Source: Eimeria praecox
Lineage: Eukaryota
DNA: 64,000 nucleotides
Reading direction: 5' to 3'
Assembly: GCA_963920595.1 (NCBI GenBank)
Contig: OY986946.1
Span: forward strand, 5,518,001-5,582,000
The notes beneath the pieces are model-generated. The model saw only the letters and a list, made by a program, of their open reading frames with translations, had not been told where the DNA came from and made no database searches. Below, in pieces: positions 54,653 through 64,000 of this stretch. Numbering within the stretch: position 1 is the stretch's first letter; every line of letters begins with the position of its first letter. Position numbers and translations under genes: made by a program.

Positions 54653-56149
54653 GCTGTCTCCTCTCTGTCTCCTCTCTGTCCCCTCTCTGTCTCCTCCCTG
54701 TCTCTTCTCTGTCTCCTCTCTGTCTCCTCTCTGTCTCCTCTCTGTCTCCTCTCTGTCTCCTCTCTGTCTCCTCTCTGTCTCCTCTCTGTCTCCTCTCTGT
54801 CTCCTCTCTGTCTCCTCTCTGTCTCCTCTCTGTCTCCTCTCTGTCTCCTCTCTGTCTCCTCTCTGTCTCCTCTCTGTCTCTTCTCTGTCTCTTCTCTGTC
54901 TCTTCTCTGTCTCCTCTCTGTCTCCTCTCTGTCCCCTCTCTGTCTCTTCTCTGTCTCCTCTCTGTCTCCTCTCTGTCTCCTCTCTGTCTCCTCTCTGTCT
55001 CCTCTCTGTCCCCTCTCTGTCTCCTCTCTGTCTCCTCTCTGTCTCCTCTCTGTCTCTTCTCTGTCTCTTCTCTGTCTCTTCTCTGTCTCCTCTCTGTCTC
55101 CTCTCTGTCCCCTCTCTGTCTCTTCTCTGTCTCCTCTCTGTCTCTTCTCTGTCTCCTCTCTGTCTCTTCTCTGTCTCCTCTCTGTCTCCTCTCTGTCTCC
55201 TCTGTGTCTCTTCTCTGTCTCCTCTCTGTCTCCTCTCTGTCTCCTCTCTGTCTCTTCTCTGTCTCCTCTCTGTCTCCTCTGTGTCTCTTCTCTGTCTCCT
55301 CTCTGTCTCCTATCTGTCTCCTCTCTGTCTCTTCTCTGTCTCTTCTCTGTCTCTTCTCTGTCTCCTCTCTGTCTCCTCTCTGTCCCCTCTCTGTCTCTTC
55401 TCTGTCTCCTCTCTGTCTCTTCTCTGTCTCCTCTCTGTCTCTTCTCTGTCTCCTCTCTGTCTCCTCTCTGTCTCCTCTGTGTCTCTTCTCTGTCTCCTCT
55501 CTGTCTCCTCTCTGTCTCCTCTCTGTCTCTTCTCTGTCTCCTCTCTGTCTCCTCTGTGTCTCTTCTCTGTCTCCTCTCTGTCTCCTATCTGTCTCCTATC
55601 CGTCTCCTCTCTGTCTCCTCTCTGTCTCCTCTCTGTCTCCTCTCTGTCTCCTCTCTGTCTCCTCTCTGTCTCCTCTCTGTCTCTTCTCTGTCTCCTCTCT
55701 GTCTCCTCCCTGTCTCCTCTCTGTCTCCTCTCTGTCTCCTCTCTGTCCCGTGGTGTCTCTCTTTGTGCTAGCCTGTCTCCTTGCTTGTGTTTGTCCTGTA
55801 TGTCTGTGTCTCCTTCTGTCTCCTCTTCATTCTTTGTGTTTCTCTCAGCTGTCTCTGTCTCTCTTGTCGTTCTTACCTTACCTCCTCCCCTCTGTCTCCT
55901 CTGTCTCCCCCTCTGCCTCTCTATCCGCTGTACCTTGTCTCTGTCTGTCTCTCTCTCTTTCTCTCCCTGTCTCTGTCTGTCTCCCTCTGTCTCTGCCTCT
56001 CTCTGTCTCCGTCTCTTTCTGTCTCCGCCTGTATTTGTCCCTCGCCCTGTCTGTCTCTGTCTGTCTGTCTGTCTCTCTCCCCCTGCGTCTCTCTCTGTTT
56101 ATCTTCCTCTCTGTCTCTCTGTCTTTGTATCTTTGTCTGCGTCTCTCTG

Positions 56150-56183
<34 letters not shown>

Positions 56184-56217
56184 TCTGTCTCTCTGTCTCT
56201 CTGTCTCTCTGTCTCTG

Positions 56218-56248
<31 letters not shown>

Positions 56249-56290
56249 GTCTGTCTGTCTCTCTCTGTCTCTGTCTCTGCCTCTCTCCTG
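54653..56290. repeat. 11-bp satellite (CTGTCTCCTCT)n, about 100 units, decaying into (CTGTCT)n
   Basis: Pyrimidine-rich tandem array. Source of the long spurious ORFs at 54524-56389. Confidence 0.97.
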
Positions 56291-56398
56291 TCTTTTGTTT
56301 ATCTTTCTTCTAATCTCGAAGGGAGGAAGCCCTTCGAGGGCGACGCGAGCCTCCCTAGCACACGCCTAGCTAGCCAGCTAGCTAGATAGCTAGCTAGC

Positions 56399-56434
<36 letters not shown>

Positions 56435-56463
56435 CAGATAGATAGACAAATAGATAGACAGAG

Positions 56464-56497
<34 letters not shown>

Positions 56498-56720
56498 TCT
56501 CGAGGATCAATTCGTGTCTGCTGTCCCCCCAAGACCGTGTAGAAAGTTTTGCTGCAGCTGTCAGCAGCAGCAGATAGCAGATGCAGCAGCAGCAGCAGCA
56601 CACGCAGCAGCAGGAGCAGCAGCACACGCAGCAGCAACAGCAGCAGCAGCAGATACAGCAAGGGGGTTTAGTATGATTCCGGGGGGGGGGGGGTAGTAGG
56701 GTATTTATTTAATATATTTT

Positions 56721-56808
<88 letters not shown>

Positions 56809-56875
56809 TTTGTCTTAGATAGCAGCAATAGAGCCGAGAGTTTGAGCTGCTGCTGCTGCTGCTGCTGCTGCTACT

Positions 56876-56906
<31 letters not shown>

Positions 56907-57000
56907 GGGGTTTCTCTGCACGTGTGAGGGGGAAGGAGACAGCAGCAAGCTGAAGTGTCTCCTTATCTGGATATACAGCACAGATGAGCCCCAGCTTTGC

Positions 57001-57060
<60 letters not shown>

Positions 57061-57644
57061 GGGTGATGGGGCTTCAGATTTCTCTATTAGGAGAAGAGTA
57101 GGAGACAGGAGATGCAGCTCTAAGCCTGCTGTGGGGAGCATGCAGCAGCAGCGTGACCAGTGGTCAAGACAGCGCATGCATGCAGCAAGGTATCTTTCAA
57201 AGACAGCCCCAAAAAAGTTTAGATGCAGGGTAGGCCTCAGACAAATATATATAACATAACAAACCCCATTAAGGTAGCAGCTATAGATATATACAGAGAT
57301 TCAAACCCTAACAATCTATCTGAAACACACCGTATATCACACATTTACATATATAATCATATCTAGGGTTTAGGGGTTAGGGGTTAGGGTTTAGGGTTTA
57401 GGGTTTAGGGTTTAGTCAAAGCCAAGGAACCACCAGACAGCCAGTGGTGTCGGCGGGTGAGGACTCCACAGAATTTGAGCTGAAACAGAGGGAGAAGTAG
57501 ATTAATAAACGAAAATAAATATTAAATTATTATAAATATAAAATAAAGAAGAAGATAAAGATGAAGAAGAAGAAGAAAGAAACAAGAAATGCATGCACAA
57601 ACCTGAAGATAAATCAAATCGGGCTGTTTGTGAGACGCTACAAT

Positions 57645-58162
57645 TATTATTTATATTTATATTTATATTACTATTTATATTTATATTTATATTTATATTT
57701 ATATTTATATTTATATTTATATTTATATTTATATTTATATTTATATTTATATTTATATTTATATTTATATTTATATTTATATTTATATTTATATTTATAT
57801 TTATATTTATATTACTATTTATATTTATATTTATATTACTATTACTATTACTATTTATATTTATATTTATATTTATATTTATATTTATATTTATATTTAT
57901 ATTTATATTTACATTTATATTTATATTTATATTTATATTTATATTTATATTTATATTTATATTTATATTTATATTTATATTTATATTTATATTTATATTA
58001 CTATTTATATTTATATTTATATTTATATTTATATTTATATTTATATTTATATTTATATTTATATTTATATTTATATTTATATTTATATTTATATTTATAT
58101 TTATATTTATATTTATATTTATATTTATATTTATATTTATATTTATATTTATATTTATATTT
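57645..58162. repeat. (TTATAT)n hexamer microsatellite
   Basis: About 85 units. Confidence 0.97.
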
Positions 58163-59262
58163 CTGCTGTATGAGGTTATTAAATCGCAAATAATATGAAG
58201 TTCTGCCGTATTTAGTTATTAAATAATTAATATTTAAATAATTAATTATTAAAATTGTTTTTAAAACAAAGAAAACACCTCATACACTCCACCTCCCTAT
58301 ACACCCCAACCTGCCTGTACACCTGAAACAGAACACCGAGCTGCCTATACACCTCAAAACCCCACTCTAGAAAGAAACCTCTCTTCTTCTCTCCTATCTT
58401 TAGTATGTGGCCTTTAGGACGTTCTACCTCATACCAGGCTCTCCTTTACTAAACCCTAAACCCTAAACCCTAAACCCTAAACCCTAAACCCTAAACCCTA
58501 AACCCTATATCATAAACCCAGAATCCTCAGTTAGCCTGGGGCCTAAAGGGTGTGCCTGTGCTGCAGCATACTTGGCGTCTGTATCCGAGGCTCCTCGCTC
58601 AGAGGGAGCAACCAAGGACCCTAGCTAGCTACCTAGCTAGCTACCTACCTAGCTAGCTAGCTAGCCAGCTAGCTAGCTAGCTAGCTAGCTAGCTAGACAC
58701 GAGAAGGGGTGCGGCACGTGTTATGAGAGCCTCGTCAGCTTTGACTGGCTGTTTCCTTTGCGTTTCCCCTAAACCCTTCGTACTGAAAGCCCCAAACCCT
58801 AAACCCCAAACCCTAAACCCTAAACCCTAAACCCTAAACCCTCAGCGGTGGTGTGTTTTCCCGATCAGCTACGCCGCACGGCACGAAGCTTTGTCTTTAA
58901 CAGTCCCCGTAGGAGGGGCCCCCCCACCCACTGGGGGGGGCCCCCCCAACACAGGGGGGGCCCCCCCCCACTGGGTGGGGGTTAGGGGCCCCTCTTTCAT
59001 TTCTATAAATAGGGGGGGCTGCTACTAAAGCAGCAAGAAACGAAGACAGACGAAGGCCACAAAACACGATCAACTCTCTTCCTATGGCTCATTTCTATGG
59101 AAGAGAAGGAGGGGCCCTCCTCCGAGGAGGAGGGGTGGGGGGCCCCCAAGGGGCCCCCCTTCACCCCCCCCCCCTCTAACAGGGTACACGGGGGCCCCCC
59201 TCAGCCAAGCCTATTCCTAAGGGAAGTAGTCCTTGGCTTCTGCTGTCTGTCTCCTCTTCAGT

Positions 59263-59810
59263 TTATAACTCTGAGAGATTTAAGTTAAGTGTCATTTCTT
59301 CTAGCTGTTCATGAAGGCGATCCAGCAGATCCCCATCGGGGGCCCCCTGGGCCCCCTGGGGCCCCTGGGGGCCCCCCCCCTGAAGGGACCCTTGGGGGCC
59401 CCCCCCCTGAGGGGGCCCCTGGGGGCCCCTTTGAGGGGGCCCCCCAGCACTGTTGGCTTCTCCATTTGAGGGGGGATGAGGTGAATGCTGAGGGATGCCC
59501 ATGGGGGCCCAGAAGGGGTCTGCTGCGGGGGCCCCTGGGGGCCCCCCCCCCATCGATCTGCGGGGTGTGTCTTTGCTGCTGCTACGGTCTCGCGAACCCT
59601 GTACTTTATACTGCTGCTGCTGCTGCTGCTGTTGCTGTTGCTGCTGCTGCTGATAACGGGGGCTTTGTGTTGCTGCGCGCCCAGCTACCCCAGGATCAAG
59701 GGGGGCCCCCCCCTCATATCCTAACGAAGGCCGAGGGGCCCCCTTGTCTTTGAGGGCCCCAAAGGAGAACCTCCGGCCGTCTAGGGGCCCCTCCTGGGCC
59801 CCCGGCCACG

Positions 59811-59844
<34 letters not shown>

Positions 59845-60292
59845 TTGTTGTTGCTGCTGCTGCTGCTGCTGTTGCTGAGGTGTCTCCACCTCTGTATTGC
59901 CTGAGTCCCCAGGCCATGCGGGTTTGTTTGTATCTGTCTCCTTTGTTGCTTCTGTTTGCTGTTCTTTATACAAGGGTACAGCTATATGCGAGAGAGAAGG
60001 GCTATATACAGATAGGGGGGCCCCAGGGGCCCCATGATTGCTGTCTTTCTCTCCTGTAGATCCAGTGCTTTCTGCCTCCGGCCACGCAGCAGCAGCAGCA
60101 ACAGGAGTAACAGCAGCAGCAGCAGCTGCTGCTGCTGCTGTTGCTGCCCGTGAGGGAGAGGGGGCCCTGGATCTGCTGCTGATGGAAGGAGAAGCTGAGG
60201 GGCCCCCTAACCCCTGTACAGAGACACCGCTGAAGGGGCTGCATGCACCCCAAGAAGACGGTGTATGTGTCTGCCGTTGCTGCTGCAGCTGC

Positions 60293-60336
<44 letters not shown>

Positions 60337-60425
60337 CTGGAAAGGCCTTGGATGCTCAGCGCTGCGGGCTGCATCTGAGGGGCCCCCACTTGTAGGAGCT
60401 GCAAATGCTATCGTTTCCTGCTTTG

Positions 60426-60456
<31 letters not shown>

Positions 60457-60662
60457 TTGCTGCTGTTGCTGCTGCTGTTGCTGCTGCTGCTGTTGCTCCT
60501 GCTGCTGCACTTGCTGCTGCACTTGCTGCTGCTGCTGCTGCTGCTGTGGGATAGGTTCACAGTCTGCGAAGGGGTCCTCTTCTAAGGAGCGAGGGGCTGG
60601 GGGCCCCATGAGCGCCAGGCGATTTCCGAATGGGTGGAGGGGCCCCCAAGCCGGTTGCTGCA

Positions 60663-60694
<32 letters not shown>

Positions 60695-61046
60695 GGCTGC
60701 TGCGGCTGCTGCTGCTGCTGCTGCTGTAGGGGAGAAGCAGCAACAAACTCCCCAAAGGAGTTGGCGTGCCACAGAGTTGCTGCTGCAGTGCCACTGGAGG
60801 GTTCGTGAAGAACTGCTGCAGCAGGAGGCCAACCCTGGGGGCCCCCAGGAGAAACGGGGGCCCCTGCCGCTGCTGCTGCTGCTCCTGCTGCTCCTGCTGC
60901 TGCTCCTCTTCCTCCTCCTGTTGCTGCTGTTGCTGAAGGAGGGGGCCCCGTGAAGGAGGGGGCCCCACTCGGGCGAGGAGACAGCACAGGGGCCCCGATA
61001 GACAAAGGAGACACACAGCTACCTGCACCTAACCCCCCTGCAGAAG

Positions 61047-61080
<34 letters not shown>

Positions 61081-61597
61081 ACAGGGATTGGCGGACTCAG
61101 TCTTGGGAGGAGACAGCGAATCCCCCGAGAGAGAAGAAGAACAAAGAGACAGTTGCTGAAGAGGAGACAGGCTGTTGAACGCCGCCCACGGGTCCTCTGG
61201 GGCCCCCCCGCTGCGCCCTGTCACTGCAGCAGGAGCAGCAGCAGCAGCAGGAGCAGCAGCAGCAGCAGCAGCAGGTGAGGGTGCTGCTGCTGCTGCTGGT
61301 TGGAATGAGGGAGGCGGAGGTAGCAGCGGATGCCCTGAGGCCCCAAAGAAACCCGACTGAGGAGACGCTGCTGCTGCTGCTGCTGCAGCAGCAGGAGCAG
61401 CAGCAGCAGCAGCAGCAGCGGGAGGAGGAGGAGGAGGGGGAGGGATAAGGGGGGCCCCCATAAAAGTGTGGGGCCCCCCCTTTTCTTGTGTGTCTCCTAT
61501 GGTTAGATCTAACAGACTAAGCGGTTCATCTAATATATTTTTGTGTTTTTGTTGTTGTTGTCTTTGATTGTCTCCTTCTGTCTCCTGTCCTTTCGAT

Positions 61598-61628
<31 letters not shown>

Positions 61629-62460
61629 CAGCAGCAGCAGGAGCAGCAGCAGCAGCAGTTTCTCTTGTCGTGGGGGGCCCCTGTGCTAGATATCTATCTA
61701 CCTCATCAGCTAGCTCCAGTCCTGCTGTGAGAGAAGATAAATTTAAATTTATTTGTTTATCTGTTGTAGACAGAGAATGCATATATGCTGCTAGTCTCCC
61801 TCGAGTCTTCTTCAGGTGTATATACGCCTCCATACGGGCCCCCAAGGGGGCCCCAGTACACCCGAGGATAGATAGAGAACGCTGAATGCTTGTTATCTAT
61901 ATAAACAAAAAAACAGATAATGTTTTATATTTATGTTTATGTTTATATTTATATTACTATTTATATTTATATTACTATTTATATTTATATTTATATTTAT
62001 ATTTATATTTATATTACTATTTATATTTATATTTATATTTATATTTATATTTATATTTATATTTATATTTATATTTATATTTATATTTATATTTATATTT
62101 ATATTTATGTTTATATTTATATTTATATTTATATTTATATTCATATTTATATTTATATTTATGTTTATATTTATATTTATATTTATATTTATATTTATAT
62201 TTATATTTATATTTATATTTATACTTATATTTATATTTATATTTATATTACTATTTATATTTATATTTATATTTATATTTATATTTATATTTATATTTAT
62301 ATTTATATTTATATTTATATTTATATTTATATTTATATTTATATTTATATTTATATTTATATTTATATTTATATTTATATTTATATTTATATTTATTTAA
62401 ATATCAAACAAAGAAAAAAAAGGAGACAAAATCAACAAAACAACAAAACACGGAGACACA

Positions 62461-62530
<70 letters not shown>

Positions 62531-63504
62531 AAAATAATATAATGTGTTTAAAGAGAGAGAGAGACAGAAGGAGACAAAGAATGAGACAAAGAATAGCAGA
62601 GACAGAAGAAGACAAAAGGAGACAGACAGAGAGACAGCATATACACCTGAGGAGACAGACAAAGAGAGAGCATATACACCTGAGGAGACAGACAAAGAGA
62701 GAGCATATACACCTGAGGAGACAGACAGAAATAGAATACAGGAGACACTAAAAAAAACAGAAAAAGACAGAACAATAAAGATAAACAATAAACGAAAGAG
62801 ACAGATAAACATAAACAGAAGGAGACAGATAAATAAAGATAAACAGGAGACAGATGAAGATAAACAAATAGGAGGAGACAGATAAAGATAAACAAAAGGA
62901 GACAGATAAAGATAAACAGAAGGAGACAGATAAATATAAACAAAAGGAGACAGATAAATATAAATAAACAGAAGGAGACAGATAAAGATAAACAAAAGGA
63001 GACAGATGAAGATAAACAAATAGGAGGAGACAGATAAAGATAAACAGAAGGAGACAGATAAATATAAACAAAAGGAGACATATAAATATAAACAAAAGGA
63101 GACAGACAAATATAAACAGAAGGAGACAGACAAATAAAGATAAACAGAAGGAGACAGATAAAGATAAACAGAAGGAGACAGATAAATAAAGATAAACAGA
63201 AGGAGACAGATAAATATAAACAGAAGGAGACAGACAAATAAAGATAAACAGAAGGAGACAGATAAAGATAAACAAATAGGAGGAGACAGAGAAAGACAAA
63301 CAGAAGGAGACAGATAAACATAAACAAACAGAAGGAGACACATAAAAAATAAACAAACAGAAGGAGAGAGCCCCTCACCATTTGTTCTACAGCAATTGTC
63401 TCTTGTTTCGTGGATTCTAAAGAAGGGCGAGAAGAACGAGAGGAGACAGAAGGAGGAGGAGGAGCTACGTCGAAGGCGGGAGACTCCTGAAGAGACACAA
63501 GGAG

Positions 63505-63541
<37 letters not shown>

Positions 63542-63542
63542 C

Positions 63543-63576
<34 letters not shown>

Positions 63577-63909
63577 GCAAGAGAAATAAAGCCGATACAT
63601 GTGCGACACAAACCAGACAAAACAGATGAAACTAGGGTTTAGGGTTTAGGGTTTAGGGTTTAGGGTTTAGGGTTTAGGGTTTAGGGTTTACCTCGGCATT
63701 CTTCACTAAGTATTTCTGCGATCGATCGACTTGAGGAAATTCCACCCCTGAAAATACACAAACCCTAAACCCTAAACCCTAAACCCTAAACCCTAAACCC
63801 TAAACCCTAAACCCTAAACCCTAGAAGCCGCTTAGTTTACCCTTGCTTCTGAGCTTTCGGTACATGGAGAAGATGGCGGGGCATCTGTCCTGCTGCAGGA
63901 CGAAGGAGT
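59263..63909 (-). CDS. VHS-GAT (TOM1/GGA-like) trafficking adaptor, 5' end outside the window
   Basis: Exons 63909-63841, 63747-63692, 63486-63379, 61881-59263, in phase. [27 protein letters not shown] matches the end of a VHS domain. A GAT-like helical region ([23 protein letters not shown]) follows, then a long low-complexity tail with LLDL, DPW and DPF motifs. Confidence 0.75.
61922..63370. repeat. Intronic (TTATAT)n, (TA)n and GGAGACAG-core minisatellite
   Basis: Hexamer tract 61922-62397, then AAACAGAAGGAGACAGATAAAGAT-like units 62570-63370. Confidence 0.95.
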
Positions 63910-64000
63910 CTGCAACGAACACAATCCAAACCCTAAACCCTAAACCCTAAACCCTAAACCCTAAACCCTAAACCCTAAACCCTAGACCCTAAACCCTAAA

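Noticed and set aside
54524..56389. Long ORFs of 202-598 aa
   Set aside because: Translations of a stop-free 11-bp satellite, open in all three frames.
63928..64000. True chromosome end at the window edge
   Set aside because: The tract is short, sits in an intron of the VHS-GAT gene and has the wrong orientation for a right-hand telomere.

Overview
Eukaryotic genomic DNA with the hallmarks of an Eimeria (coccidian apicomplexan) repeat-rich segment: CAG/CTG tracts, interstitial telomere-like AAACCCT/TTTAGGG tracts, TGCATGCA, GGGGCCCC and AT-rich microsatellites, plus one 200-N gap. Most supplied ORFs are repeat artefacts. Splicing exons by hand (GT/GC-AG, phase checked) gives eight genes: a 16-exon double B-box/coiled-coil protein (-), a RASP/CERLI-family C2+PH rhoptry protein (-), a secreted hypothetical protein (+), a METTL22-like methyltransferase with an apparent homopolymer frameshift (+), MOB1 (+), HUS1 (-), a large gamma-tubulin complex component (+) and the 3' part of a VHS-GAT (TOM1-like) adaptor (-). 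The most notable structures are: (1) an intronic array of duplicated exon ends separated by telomeric spacers, whose most distal copy has diverged as if under coding selection; (2) inverted telomeric tracts bracketing many introns and often continuous with the splice site; (3) a dispersed GGTGTA..TACACC palindrome that also sits in coding sequence; (4) a degenerate PARP-like and a possible RasGAP-like domain in the B-box protein. All family calls are from motif recognition by eye, not database searches.
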